Positions 10,382 to 21,844 of a DNA stretch of 64,000 nucleotides are shown here, piece after piece. Positions within the stretch are counted from its first letter, which is position 1, and the number at the start of each line of letters is the position of its first letter. The notes under the pieces were generated by a model, which saw only the letters and a program-made list of their open reading frames with translations, was not told the DNA's origin and searched no databases. The position numbers and the translations under genes were made by a program. The stretch lies in IMG/VR virus record IMGVR_UViG_3300024981_000009, one strand, 5' to 3'. Source of the stretch: a virus.

Positions 10382-13300
10382 TTACTTATTCAATGCTGCT
10401 TTCAGATCAGCAACCTCCTGTGAAAGTTCTTGTATACTTTTTATTAAAATGGGTATGAGTTGAGAATAATTAATACCGTATTTGTCATTTTCATTTCTTG
10501 GTGTGTGTAATCCATTGAAATCATCACATTTATGTTTATCTAAAGCTTCCTCCAGATCTTGTGCTACAATCCCATAATTAAGTTTTTTATTTTCTTCACC
10601 CTTCCTATTATATTTGACAGGTTTTAAGTCATTTACAAAACTCAATCCCAGCTCACAATCTTGTATGTTTTCCTTATCATTTTTATCTGAAGTAGATGTC
10701 ACTCCATTAACAGAGAAAACAGCCTCCCACCTAGAATTGGGACTTCCTAAACTATAATTTTCTGTAGATGGGATCAGATCTGACATTACACTGCCGTACA
10801 CAGCTATACCATTTGTGTATAAAGCTCCCCATGGAGCACTTTGTGATCCCAAAGTGTAAGTCAAACTATAAGGAGTTAGATTGCTACGAACACTTCCATT
10901 TAATATAAAATTACCATTTATTGTTGAATTTCCATTTATTGTTAAAATATCATCTGGGATGATGTTTCTAACATATAGATTTCTCCATGAATATACACCT
11001 TGTGTGACTTTTTCAGCACCCAAATTATAATCGCCATTAAGCACTGGAATCAATGTAGAAGCAACTGTTATACCAGGAATACTAGGACCTTGTGTGATAT
11101 AGTTTGTTGTAATGCTACCGTTATATATATTAGTATTATATATATTTGTAATATAACCATTTAATAGATATCTATTTTGATTTCCAAGGGAAGTAGAATT
11201 GCTAGAATTAGGTGTGATAGAACCACCAATGAAAATATTTCCGACATGCAAATCAGTACCTATACTCACGCTTGTTGTTACTTGGATAAAACCATTAACA
11301 AATAAATTGTTAATAATCGATAAATTTCCTACCACCGTTCCTCCACCACTCACATAAATATTACCACCAACGTCTAAACTTCCGTTCATTGTTGTAGAAC
11401 CAGTAATCGTTAGTTCATTAGATGATGTAATAGTGTTAACATAGATTAATTTCCAATACATTGTATCATTACCATTGAATCCACCTAAATTATACATATT
11501 ATTTACACATGGAATGATATCAGAACATACGGTAGTACTAAAAGTTCCTGTTGGACCAATATCCCCTTTAGGACCTTGTGGTCCAACATTTCCTTTGTCA
11601 CCGGTTGGTCCTGTCATTCCATGTAACCCTGTAGGACCAACCAAACCTGCACGACCAGTTACACCCTGATTACCTGTATCACCTTTCATTCCAGTTACAC
11701 CCTGTAATCCCGTATAACCATTTAATCCCATTTTACCTGTTGGTCCCACACTACCCTGCATGCCAGTATATCCTTGGACACCTGGAGGACCAGTTGAACC
11801 AGTTAACCCAGTACTTCCCATTAGACCAATATCACCTTTTTCACCTGTACTTCCCTTAGATCCAGTTGAACCCGTTTCACCTTTCATACCTGTTATTCCA
11901 TATGATCCTGTTGGGCCCATCTCCCCAGTATTTCCTCTTTCACCTTTGGAACCTGTTGGTCCAACTTCTCCCTTTAATCCTGTTATTCCAATTACTCCAG
12001 TTTCACCTCTTAAACCTGTTGGTCCAATTACACCCGTTTCACCTCTTAATCCTGTTATTCCAATTACTCCAGTTTCACCTCTTAAACCTGTTGGTCCAAT
12101 TACGCCTGTATCACCTCTTAAACCTGTTGGTCCAATTATACCGGTATCACCTCTTAAACCTGTTGGTCCAATTACGCCGGTATCACCTCTTAAACCTGTT
12201 GGTCCAATTACGCCTGTATCGCCTTTTAATCCCGTTGGCCCAATTACTCCAGTTTCACCTCTTAAACCTGTTGGTCCAATTACACCCGTATCACCTTTTA
12301 AACCCGTTGGTCCAATTACACCTGTATCACCTTTTAATCCTGTTGATCCAATCACACCGGTTTCGCCTTTTAATCCTGTTATACCAATTACACCTGTATC
12401 ACCTCTTAAACCCGTTGGTCCAATTACGCCTGTTTCACCTCTTAAGCCTGTAGCACCCTTCTCGCCAGTGAAACCTCTGTCTCCAGTTTCACCTTTAATT
12501 CCAGTGACACCTTTTAAACCAGTCGGCCCAATTATTCCAGTATCACCTTTTACTCCTGTTACGCCGGAAGGTCCGGTATCGCTTTTAAAACCTGTTGGTC
12601 CAATTACGCCAGTATCACCTTTCAAACCCGTTATGCCGGGTGGACCGGTATCACCATTTATACCTGTTGGACCGGTCACTCCAGTTGCACCCTTTTCACC
12701 AGGCGGACCTCCATGAGGACCTGTGTCACCCTTCATTCCTTGTACACCAGTATCTCCTCGAATACCTAATGCCCCTGTCAATCCAATAGGTCCAGTATTT
12801 CCTGTTGGGCCTGTTACTCCCTTTTCTCCAGGAGGACCTCCATAGGGACCCGTATCACCTTTCATACCTGTTATCCCTTGTGGTCCAGTATATCCATGTT
12901 CTCCTTTTAATCCTGTTGGTCCCGTTTTACCATTTAATCCCGTTGGTCCAGTATCACCTTTTAACCCTGTTACACCATTATCTCCAGTTTCACCTTTTAA
13001 ACCAGTAGCCCCCTGTTCTCCAGGGTCACCCTTCAATCCAGTTGGTCCAATCAAACCTGTGTCACCCTTCAAACCTGATAATCCAATTTCTCCTCTCATT
13101 CCCGTTGGTCCAGTATCCCCCTCAGATCCAGTTTCACCTTCAGACCCTGTATCACCTTTTGTTCCAATAGCTCCAGTTTCTCCTTTAAAACCAGTTGGTC
13201 CAATCTCACCTCTCAAACCTGTTTCTCCTTTCATACCTGTCGATCCAGTGTTACCTGTCAAACCGATTGGTCCAGTATTACCATCAGATCCAGTTTCCCC

Positions 13301-14320
13301 TTTAAAACCAGTTTGACCTGTGTCGCCCTTAAAGCCAGTCGGTCCAATGTTTCCATCAGACCCAGTGTCACCCTGAAATCCAGTATAGCCTCTGACCCCG
13401 ATTGGCCCAGTGTCACCTTTAAATCCAGTAGACCCTCTGTTTCCTGTATCTCCTTTAAGTCCAGTAGAACCCATTTCACCCGTTGGTCCAACACTTCCAG
13501 TATCCCCTCTTAATCCAGTTGTGCCTATTAAACCAATTGAACCAGTGTCTCCTTTTAATCCGATTGGTCCAGTGTCACCTTTAAAACCAATTGAACCTGT
13601 ATCACCCTTAAAACCTGTTGGACCTGTATCTCCCTTAAAACCAATCGAACCTGTGTCACCTTTAAATCCGATTGACCCTGTATCACCTTTAAATCCGGTA
13701 CTGCCCCTCATTCCAGTCGAACCAATTGAACCAGTGTCTCCTTTAACCCCGGTGGAACCCATCTCCCCCGTTGGTCCGCCATGAGGACCTGCTGGTCCTC
13801 TACTTCCTGTATCTCCTTTTAAACCAGTTGCACCTGTATTGCCTTTTAAACCAGTTGCACCTGTATTGCCTATTAATCCAATTGGACCCGTATCACCTTT
13901 TAATCCAATTGAACCTGTGTCACCTTTAAAACCAGTTGGCCCTGTATTTCCCTCAAATCCAATTGAACCCGTATCTCCTTTTAATCCAATCGACCCCGTG
14001 TCTCCCTTTAAACCGGTTGGTCCTATATCCCCTTTAAAACCGGTTAAACCATTAGGTCCAGTGTCACCCTTTGCTCCGATATGCCCTGTATCGCCTCTTA
14101 AACCAGTTTCACCCTGAAATCCAGTGTCACCCTTTGCTCCAATAGGGCCGGTATCACCTTTTAAACCAATTGTACCTTGAATACCAGTTTCACCGCGTGG
14201 ACCTGTCATACCTCTTAAACCAGTAGCACCTTGCTTACCCATTACACCACTGGCCCCAGTAGGTCCAGTCGCTCCAGGAATACCCGGAGTGCCCCCCCCC
14301 CGACCCGGGAGGAAAATCAT
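10382..14320 (-). CDS. Collagen-like (Gly-X-Y) fibre protein with C-terminal peptidase S74 intramolecular chaperone
   Basis: About 920 aa of GXY repeats, a beta-rich stalk, then TSD..KENI / LKPVKY / YGIVAQ / [17 protein letters not shown]. The true start may be 14372, across a G10 tract. Confidence 0.92.
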   Translation of the reverse strand: MIFLPGRGGGTPGIPGATGPTGASGVMGKQGATGLRGMTGPRGETGIQGTIGLKGDTGPIGAKGDTGFQGETGLRGDTGHIGAKGDTGPNGLTGFKGDIGPTGLKGDTGSIGLKGDTGSIGFEGNTGPTGFKGDTGSIGLKGDTGPIGLIGNTGATGLKGNTGATGLKGDTGSRGPAGPHGGPTGEMGSTGVKGDTGSIGSTGMRGSTGFKGDTGSIGFKGDTGSIGFKGDTGPTGFKGDTGSIGFKGDTGPIGLKGDTGSIGLIGTTGLRGDTGSVGPTGEMGSTGLKGDTGNRGSTGFKGDTGPIGVRGYTGFQGDTGSDGNIGPTGFKGDTGQTGFKGETGSDGNTGPIGLTGNTGSTGMKGETGLRGEIGPTGFKGETGAIGTKGDTGSEGETGSEGDTGPTGMRGEIGLSGLKGDTGLIGPTGLKGDPGEQGATGLKGETGDNGVTGLKGDTGPTGLNGKTGPTGLKGEHGYTGPQGITGMKGDTGPYGGPPGEKGVTGPTGNTGPIGLTGALGIRGDTGVQGMKGDTGPHGGPPGEKGATGVTGPTGINGDTGPPGITGLKGDTGVIGPTGFKSDTGPSGVTGVKGDTGIIGPTGLKGVTGIKGETGDRGFTGEKGATGLRGETGVIGPTGLRGDTGVIGITGLKGETGVIGSTGLKGDTGVIGPTGLKGDTGVIGPTGLRGETGVIGPTGLKGDTGVIGPTGLRGDTGVIGPTGLRGDTGIIGPTGLRGDTGVIGPTGLRGETGVIGITGLRGETGVIGPTGLRGETGVIGITGLKGEVGPTGSKGERGNTGEMGPTGSYGITGMKGETGSTGSKGSTGEKGDIGLMGSTGLTGSTGPPGVQGYTGMQGSVGPTGKMGLNGYTGLQGVTGMKGDTGNQGVTGRAGLVGPTGLHGMTGPTGDKGNVGPQGPKGDIGPTGTFSTTVCSDIIPCVNNMYNLGGFNGNDTMYWKLIYVNTITSSNELTITGSTTMNGSLDVGGNIYVSGGGTVVGNLSIINNLFVNGFIQVTTSVSIGTDLHVGNIFIGGSITPNSSNSTSLGNQNRYLLNGYITNIYNTNIYNGSITTNYITQGPSIPGITVASTLIPVLNGDYNLGAEKVTQGVYSWRNLYVRNIIPDDILTINGNSTINGNFILNGSVRSNLTPYSLTYTLGSQSAPWGALYTNGIAVYGSVMSDLIPSTENYSLGSPNSRWEAVFSVNGVTSTSDKNDKENIQDCELGLSFVNDLKPVKYNRKGEENKKLNYGIVAQDLEEALDKHKCDDFNGLHTPRNENDKYGINYSQLIPILIKSIQELSQEVADLKAALNK

Positions 14321-14931
14321 CTCTCTCCATCTCCGTCAAGACGCGCGAACTTCCTATTAAGATATTAAACATTTTCTATGAATTAGAAAATATCTTATAT
14401 TTTTGTTAAAAGAGTGAAAATTTATTTTATCATTGGCGAAATAGTTTATCAACACTGTTAAGGAAAATATCTATAATTTGCAAGTAGATTATTCATGTTT
14501 TTTAATTGAGATTAAATGTAATTTGTGAAAACTACCCATATTACAAACTTATAAAATTTAATTGTAACATGCACATATGAGAATGTTCCATAAAAATATT
14601 TAATATTGTAAGTACCTTCCACTGTTTACAAATGATAATTATTTTTGGTAATATGCAGTATGGGCGGGTGGGTCTCGCATGTTTTGCGAGGGGTGATCAT
14701 TACCAGTTATAATTAGTTGATGTAAATTGGTGGAAAATTATTACAAAACATAAATAATATTTACTTTACATATCATCCAATTTAACAGAATATACAACTA
14801 AAAATCTCTTCAAAGCGCCTCTTGCCATAATTCACATGTAAATTTCATATGATAAGCATACATTGTATGATTATACTGATTATATAATATATTATTTTTT
14901 TTAATTGATATATGGTACACACGGTAACATA

Positions 14932-15297
14932 TTAGTCTACAACATCATAAAGTAATTTTGGGATAGCAGCACATACTATCAGTAAAAATATACATGATCT
15001 ACTCATAATGACATTTGCTCTACTGCGTGTAATACCACAATTATTGTAAAAAAATGTAATATGTATCAACAGTTCAATAATATTTATTCCAAATAATGTC
15101 ATATATTTGTTTACATCATCGGTGCTATTATTTTCATTATAATGAATTTGTAAAAATCTTTCATATAAAGATGTACACGTGGATGTCACACAAACTACAC
15201 TAACTGTATAACATATAATTTGGGATATGTCGAAATTACTGTATTTTTTTGGACTATCGTTGATAATCGTGTCTTTCTCTAACTGTTCGTCACACAT
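14932..15297 (-). CDS. Small membrane protein
   Basis: 121-aa ORF with about 3 hydrophobic segments. Confidence 0.6.
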   Translation of the reverse strand: MCDEQLEKDTIINDSPKKYSNFDISQIICYTVSVVCVTSTCTSLYERFLQIHYNENNSTDDVNKYMTLFGINIIELLIHITFFYNNCGITRSRANVIMSRSCIFLLIVCAAIPKLLYDVVD

Positions 15298-15514
15298 GTT
15301 CTCTGTTATTGAAAAATTTTGTTAAAAAATTTATTTATTCCAAATTCAATTATCCATAAAAATATATCGTCCAATTAAACAAAATCCCATCCGATATTTT
15401 TTGATTCAACCAGACCCGCACATTAAACATATATTACACAAATAAATTTGTTTAAATAACAATCAACGAATAGAGTAATATTTATCATCGATAAATATAT
15501 ATTAGAATTCACAT

Positions 15515-16558
15515 CTATTTCTTACAATAATCAAATTCAAATATTCGTATGAGAGTATAAACATCACCAGCTAACACCATCTTCTTATGTTTAACAGCTA
15601 GAGCAAACTTCCTCCTATTTTCAATATTCTCATCACTTTTTGGATATTCTTCTATAAATTTTCTTATGTTTTCATTAAAACACAAATTCATTTTAACATT
15701 TTCAAAATTATCAACCATAAACAATACCTTTAAAATATCTTTATTATAATGTCTAACAGCTTCATCAAACGCTGTCATACCACGTTTATTTTTTATATTT
15801 ATATCCACTTTTTCCGTCAATAACATATCTCTGATTAAAAACAAATGTTCTCTACCCTTGCGTTTTGATTTTTTAAAAATCATAATATTTTTCTTACATA
15901 ATAATATCAGTGGTGTATTACCGTCTGAGTCTTGTATATTTAAATCTGTCCTATCATCATCCATAAACATATGTATAATATTTAATAATTTTATACTTGA
16001 AAATTTACACATTAAAGTCAGACATGAACTACCATCATGTGTTTTTATATTTAAGTCAATTTTTGGATTTTTTATTAATATTTTTACTAAATCCACGTCT
16101 ACAGTATCACATGCTAAAAACAAACCCGTGTATCCCTTTTTATCTTTTGCATTTACATCAATTTTTAAACTGTCAGATAATAACTTCACTACCTCAAGCT
16201 CTCTTGCCCTACATGCTATCATAAATCCCGTTGAATCATTATCATTACGTTTATTTACATCCACACTATTATCTCCGAGCATTAATTCCACCGCATTAAC
16301 ATTTCCACTTAAACATGCTTGCATAAATCCTGTAACACCGCGATTATTACATTTATTTACATCCACCCTATCGTTTTTAAGCATTAATTCTACGGCTTTA
16401 ATATTTCCATATAAACATGCTAACATAAACCCCGTGACATTCTCTTCTCCAATATGATTAACGTCCAAGTCTCTATTTTCAAGATAGTGTTCAAGCTCCA
16501 ACAACCCATTAGTAGAGCAGCCTTTACACACTTTCAAGAAATCATCATGTAAATTCAT
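15515..16558 (-). CDS. Ankyrin repeat protein
   Basis: Repeated G.TGFM.AC..GN...VELML....VDVN, GNTPLILLC and GMTAFDEA. Confidence 0.93.
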   Translation of the reverse strand: MNLHDDFLKVCKGCSTNGLLELEHYLENRDLDVNHIGEENVTGFMLACLYGNIKAVELMLKNDRVDVNKCNNRGVTGFMQACLSGNVNAVELMLGDNSVDVNKRNDNDSTGFMIACRARELEVVKLLSDSLKIDVNAKDKKGYTGLFLACDTVDVDLVKILIKNPKIDLNIKTHDGSSCLTLMCKFSSIKLLNIIHMFMDDDRTDLNIQDSDGNTPLILLCKKNIMIFKKSKRKGREHLFLIRDMLLTEKVDINIKNKRGMTAFDEAVRHYNKDILKVLFMVDNFENVKMNLCFNENIRKFIEEYPKSDENIENRRKFALAVKHKKMVLAGDVYTLIRIFEFDYCKK

Positions 16559-16636
16559 TGTAATTTATAATTAAAAGTAAAAAATTTTGTTGTCACTTAC
16601 TATTTATATAGACACAAATTATCAGTGATAATCTGT

Positions 16637-17329
16637 TCACAACATAATATTTGTCACCACTCTCACGTCGAAATCATTCGGAAATACAAAAATAATTCTT
16701 TTAGGTGATGCTGATGCCTTTTCAATCGCTTCTTTCCATAAATTGAATATTTCTTCGACAGGATTGTTAAAATTACCACATCCCCACAGTCCCGTTACCA
16801 ATATATCACATTCACCTGCTAGGAACACAGTTAAAATTAATCTTTCCAATGTATCTTTTCTATCAGTTTCATACATGTATGCACCATTAACAACTATTTT
16901 TGGATTTTTTATAGCAGCTGACGTAATCACATCAGCCACATAATGATTGTCTACATCAATCGAAGCTCCAGTTTTAGTATTTTTGTTAAATTTAACATTT
17001 TTACTGTATAGAGCACTGTTTCTGTTATTGACTGATATTGGATAATATTCATCTTTTAAGAACAATTGATTATTATCCATGGACGCCCTCAATAATTGTT
17101 CTTCCTGTGTATTAGTTACAAAATAGATATGTCCACCATATGTCTTTTTATATAAACCAGGTTTAAAGTTATTAGCGAAGTTATGTAGACACACCTTATT
17201 ACCGCCTCTATACAAAATTTTGGCGATTGTGAACATGTCTCCGTTCATAATTTCAACATTTGGACGAAATTCCTTATTTCCAACATGTACACTTTCATTA
17301 AATGTGTGTTTAACTGTTTCAACCGACAT
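16637..17329 (-). CDS. Microbial-type poly(ADP-ribose) glycohydrolase (TIGR02452/DUF2263-like macrodomain)
   Basis: HNFAN..KPG, catalytic QEE (NTQEEQLLRAS), DVITSAA and GLWGCGNFNNP motifs. Confidence 0.8.
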   Translation of the reverse strand: MSVETVKHTFNESVHVGNKEFRPNVEIMNGDMFTIAKILYRGGNKVCLHNFANNFKPGLYKKTYGGHIYFVTNTQEEQLLRASMDNNQLFLKDEYYPISVNNRNSALYSKNVKFNKNTKTGASIDVDNHYVADVITSAAIKNPKIVVNGAYMYETDRKDTLERLILTVFLAGECDILVTGLWGCGNFNNPVEEIFNLWKEAIEKASASPKRIIFVFPNDFDVRVVTNIML

Positions 17330-17341
17330 TTAAACAATTTA

Positions 17342-17349
17342 AAAATTGA
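17342..17349 (+). promoter_or_regulatory. AAAATTGA early promoter-like motif ahead of the tandem family
   Basis: 58 bp upstream of the ATG at 17407. Confidence 0.4.
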
Positions 17350-17406
17350 AAAAAGATACTCATTTTATGCAAAATAAATCCTGATCATTATATATTATTT
17401 ATAGCA

Positions 17407-18702
17407 ATGTATAACATATATACGAAACAATATCGACAATATTTTGATATTAAATGTACAACTGTTATCGATGATGTACTGTACATTATTGTATTAGAAG
17501 GAGAAATTACAAATACGGTAAAATTAATAAAATTCGATCTTAAAAGAATGATTGAAGTTGAGGCAGTTATTATAGACTATGTATATCAAGCAGATACAGT
17601 ATTCAGATTTATAAAGGATAGCTTATATTGCTGCTCTGACAGTGTAGATGGATTAGTCATAATTAAAGTTCATAATTTGGATGAAATGCATTGCAAAATG
17701 ACCAGTTTAAAATGTGTTGTAGAGATAAATGGAGATGCATATTACATATGTGGTGAAAAAATTTATTATATAATTAGCATGATGAATAATGAGAATGTTT
17801 TTATTATAGATACACGAGGTGTTGGAACATATGTTGACGATTATACAATACACTTAGGTACTGAATTCAAATTAGACTTTAAGTCAAATGTATATTACTC
17901 TGATAATTATTTAGTCATCTTAAATAATAAAAATGTGGTTTTTTTCATAGATATAGATACAAAAGAGATAAAGTTTATAAACAAACATGTTAACCATTTA
18001 AAAGATGAAAAGAAATATGTTTTTATTGGAAATGACAAATTATTTGGATATAATATCATATATGATTATATGAATGGAAACAAAATCGATACTAATCTTG
18101 ACATTAAAAACAGTTTTAAATACAATGGTGCCGATTACTATGTGCATAAAAATAATAAAAATTTCAATATTAGTGTACATGTGAATGAAAATAAACATGA
18201 CGAATATAATGATGAATATAATAATGATGAATATATGATTATAGGTTCTGAGAGTAATATATTTATAGTTCCAGTTTCATTAATGTACAATAATTCCGGA
18301 TATATTCAAAATTTAATTAAAACATTTGGAATAACAGAATTCATAGATGGTCAATATAATACGATACACCATTACATTGATTATCTACAAAATGGAGTCA
18401 TAGATTTAAAATCAATTTGTGAATTATACAAAATTGCAAGTTTGTTAGACGACTTTAACATGGAAGGATTAATTTATAGCATAATTGAAAAAGTGAAGAA
18501 TGACTGTACTGACATAAATATAGCTTGGGACGTTCTTGAAACGATATACAATGATGATGTTTTGAATGTGTTTAAGATATTATTGTATACTATTTATACT
18601 AAATATGATAGGGTAAATTTTATGAGTATGTTAAATAATAGAAGTAAGATGAATGATTTAATTATAGCCGATATCATTAAAATACAGATTGATAAAAATT
18701 AA
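17407..18702 (+). CDS. Tandem family member 1: beta-rich N-terminus plus C-terminal BTB/POZ-like domain
   Basis: Family motifs CTTVIDDVLY, IGNDKLF, IIGSE..VP..LMYNNS.YIQ.L and LYKIASL.D.NME. Confidence 0.85.
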   Translation: MYNIYTKQYRQYFDIKCTTVIDDVLYIIVLEGEITNTVKLIKFDLKRMIEVEAVIIDYVYQADTVFRFIKDSLYCCSDSVDGLVIIKVHNLDEMHCKMTSLKCVVEINGDAYYICGEKIYYIISMMNNENVFIIDTRGVGTYVDDYTIHLGTEFKLDFKSNVYYSDNYLVILNNKNVVFFIDIDTKEIKFINKHVNHLKDEKKYVFIGNDKLFGYNIIYDYMNGNKIDTNLDIKNSFKYNGADYYVHKNNKNFNISVHVNENKHDEYNDEYNNDEYMIIGSESNIFIVPVSLMYNNSGYIQNLIKTFGITEFIDGQYNTIHHYIDYLQNGVIDLKSICELYKIASLLDDFNMEGLIYSIIEKVKNDCTDINIAWDVLETIYNDDVLNVFKILLYTIYTKYDRVNFMSMLNNRSKMNDLIIADIIKIQIDKN

Positions 18703-18723
18703 TAAAAATATTTCCAATATAAA

Positions 18724-20058
18724 ATGTACAACGTTTACAGATATTTATTTTCGTCTAAAGTTAATGTTCTTTGTTCAACTGTTATTGAAAACGTTTTATA
18801 TTATGTCATCAGTGAGGGTAAGGATTACAAATCTATTAAATTAATATGGTTTGACATATTTAGAATGGTTGAAATAGCAACAAATGTAGTGGAATTTAAA
18901 CATCATATAAATTCGGAGTTTATAATAATGGGTGATAAATTATATTGTCGCACTAGGGACAATCTTTCAGTTATTGATATAAATAATTTTAAAATTAAAA
19001 AATATACAATTAAAGATTTAAGAAACATTATAGATCTGAATGGGAGACTATGTTATATTAGTTATGATGATTATAGAATATTTGGCATATATGATTTAGA
19101 AACAAAAGGAATATATTATACTATAAAAGTATGTAGTGAAGTAAATAGATTTGAAAATAATGTTTTATACATTCGAAATTGTGTAGACTTTGATTCACAA
19201 TTACCACATTACAGTAATCATTTAATAATAATGGATGATGATAATATATTTATTGATGTCGACTTTACAAAAAGAAAAATTACAACATCAGAAAAATTTG
19301 TATGTTTTAAACATTATAAATTTATAGGGAATAATAAATTATTTTTAGAGCGTGGTAATTCATTAAAAGATACAATATATGATTATAAAAATGATATATT
19401 AAGCAAGCCCTACGAATATTTCAGTATTTCTTTTGAAAATAGCTTTAGATATATGGAAAATGATTATTATATTAATATAAATTTCAATTCTGTTGTTGAT
19501 AAGACTACTCTTGACGTCTACATTGATTTAAAGTTTGTTGAATATGAAATGCCAAAAGACATGGGGTATCCGGAATATGTAACTGTAGGTTCTGAAAGAA
19601 ATAATATAAAGGTACCTACTTCGTTATTATATGAAAATAGTGAATATTTTCAATATTTAATAAAAACATTTGGTGCAACAGAATATATAAAAGATGAATA
19701 TGAGAACATACAAATATATATTGAATATTTGAATGAAAGAACTATAAATTTGAGAACTCTGGATGAATATAAAATTGCAAGTTTATTTGATGATTTTAAT
19801 ATGGAAATTTTAGTGTATATAATAATTGAAACACTCGTTAGTGAACATGATAAAATTGGTAATAAATATGATATACGTATATTATGGAATATTTTAGAAA
19901 CTATATATTATGATGATATGATGAATGTGTTCAAAATATTATTATATTTAATATACAAAAATTATGATAGAGGTATATTCCTGTATATGTTAAATGATGT
20001 AACGCCTATGAATAATGCAATTATAACTGATATTATTGGAGCTCGTTATATAAAATAA
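18724..20058 (+). CDS. Tandem family member 2 (BTB/POZ-like C-terminus)
   Basis: Same motifs (CSTVIENVLY, YPEYVTVGSE, YKIASL). Confidence 0.85.
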   Translation: MYNVYRYLFSSKVNVLCSTVIENVLYYVISEGKDYKSIKLIWFDIFRMVEIATNVVEFKHHINSEFIIMGDKLYCRTRDNLSVIDINNFKIKKYTIKDLRNIIDLNGRLCYISYDDYRIFGIYDLETKGIYYTIKVCSEVNRFENNVLYIRNCVDFDSQLPHYSNHLIIMDDDNIFIDVDFTKRKITTSEKFVCFKHYKFIGNNKLFLERGNSLKDTIYDYKNDILSKPYEYFSISFENSFRYMENDYYININFNSVVDKTTLDVYIDLKFVEYEMPKDMGYPEYVTVGSERNNIKVPTSLLYENSEYFQYLIKTFGATEYIKDEYENIQIYIEYLNERTINLRTLDEYKIASLFDDFNMEILVYIIIETLVSEHDKIGNKYDIRILWNILETIYYDDMMNVFKILLYLIYKNYDRGIFLYMLNDVTPMNNAIITDIIGARYIK

Positions 20059-20206
20059 AATATGCTGAAAATTATGATCGTGGAAAATCATTTCATATTA
20101 ATCAATGATTAACATGAGTACAATTCCATCATTTTACATAATAATTGTCTGTATAAATGACAATTTAAAAATAATTAAAATTAAAAAAAAATTAAAAAAA
20201 AATAAA

Positions 20207-21106
20207 ATGGATATCATTTACACGAGGATACATAAGTTGAAATTTACAGTACATTGCTCAACTGTCATGAATAATGTTTTATATGTTGTTATATCAGAAG
20301 GAGATATACATATCATAAGATTGATAAGAATAAATTTAGATGACATGAAAGAGATAGATTCAGATAATATCGATTACAGATATAAGAATAACACTGTGTT
20401 TAAAATTATCAAAGATAAATTGTATTGTTACAGAGTTGTTAAAGACAGATATAATGATTATAAATGTGAACGTGATGAATATATTGAGGATGGTGTGAAC
20501 AATTTATCAGTATTTGATATAAATAGTATGGATAGGAAGCAATATACAATTGATGGTTTAAAAGACGTTGTTGAGCTAGGAGGACAAATATATTACATTA
20601 ATGGTAAAAATAGGGTATATGATGTATGTATTTTAAATGAAAATGAAAATGTATATTATGCCAATGATAAGCGAGGTATATATGATCTTAATATTTCAAA
20701 TGATGATGAAAATGTCTATTTTACAATAGATACACGATTAGGAGGTACCCACATTGACAATGATGTATTATCTCTAGGAATTGATTTCCGTCCAGATTTT
20801 GTAATTGGATTTAGGTATTATGGTGATAATTTGATATCTCTTAGCAGTAAAAATATGATATTATATGCAAACATGAAAACGAAAGAGATAGGATATTCTC
20901 AATGTTTAAAAGAAAACAAAAAATATACATTCATAGGAAATAATAAACTATTTGGTAATAACATTATATATGATTATATAATAGGTGAAACTGTTGTGAG
21001 TGGTTTAAATATCAAAAATAGTTTTAAATACAACGATGATGATTATTATATTTCTGTGGATGAAAAAGATAATATATTTATTATCGATACATGTACTAAA
21101 TCATAG
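20207..21106 (+). CDS. Tandem family member 3, truncated (lacks the BTB-like half)
   Basis: Start placed at MDIIYT by alignment to paralogs. The ORF ends after the SFKY...DYYI motif. Confidence 0.75.
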   Translation: MDIIYTRIHKLKFTVHCSTVMNNVLYVVISEGDIHIIRLIRINLDDMKEIDSDNIDYRYKNNTVFKIIKDKLYCYRVVKDRYNDYKCERDEYIEDGVNNLSVFDINSMDRKQYTIDGLKDVVELGGQIYYINGKNRVYDVCILNENENVYYANDKRGIYDLNISNDDENVYFTIDTRLGGTHIDNDVLSLGIDFRPDFVIGFRYYGDNLISLSSKNMILYANMKTKEIGYSQCLKENKKYTFIGNNKLFGNNIIYDYIIGETVVSGLNIKNSFKYNDDDYYISVDEKDNIFIIDTCTKS

Positions 21107-21331
21107 ATAAAACTTAGAAAATAATGCAGATCAGTGATTTGTATAATAATTTTGGAAATGTTAAACATAATTATATTTACCACCTTAAGATATTTTTAAC
21201 AAAAAATGATAAATTAAAAATAAAAAAATAAATAAATAAAAATGTAAAGAATCGGCGATGTCACATATGTTTGAATACTAGTTCTCGACTTATGTTAGCT
21301 GTTTTTCGTGTCATAAGAAGTTTTGAAACAG

Positions 21332-21740
21332 TTAAAGATTTTGATGTCTGTTCTTTAGCTTCATCATATTCAACAAAATCTTTGACTGTTTCAAATTTTT
21401 GTAAATTGTTTCCGTCCAAGTAATAGTCAATAGCTTCTCTTTGGGTTCCAAGGATTTGAACCTGGTAACTTGATCAGATTTGAAGAAGGTGAAATCTCTT
21501 ATTGGTCTCCTATTCAGCAAATAATTTTTCATTAAATTAATTGGTACTACTATTATACAAAAGATTTTTATGTTGAACATTATTAACCACATTATTTTGA
21601 TCATTATTATTTACATTATTTTGAATGTTAGTAATTAATTCAACAAGTTCTCTTTTATTCTTTTTAGTATAATATTTTATTTTGAGATCTTTTGCAATTT
21701 CTCTCAGTTGAGTGACATTTAATTTTTCCAGGGATCCCAT
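21332..21740 (-). CDS. Rho-N/SAP-like nucleic-acid-binding small protein (21537-21740), possibly frameshifted with 21332-21604
   Basis: LEKLNVTQLREIAKDLKIKYYTKKNKRELVELI matches the Rho termination factor N-terminal domain pattern. Confidence 0.6.
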
Positions 21741-21844
21741 ATTATTTTATATGATAATTTTTTCATTGAAAAAACAATATAGATCACTGATCTATATGTA
21801 ATCGGAAAACGATATCAAAAAGTTGAAATTTTCCAAAAATAAAA

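Noticed and set aside
11475..14117. Pro-rich plus-strand ORFs (also 44172-46540)
   Set aside because: These are antisense shadows of the Gly-X-Y codons of the collagen genes.
14375..14830. Upstream exons or a lost N-terminal domain of the collagen gene
   Set aside because: There is only a faint IKFYKFV-like resemblance to the paralog's N-terminus, with many stops and no supportable splice model.
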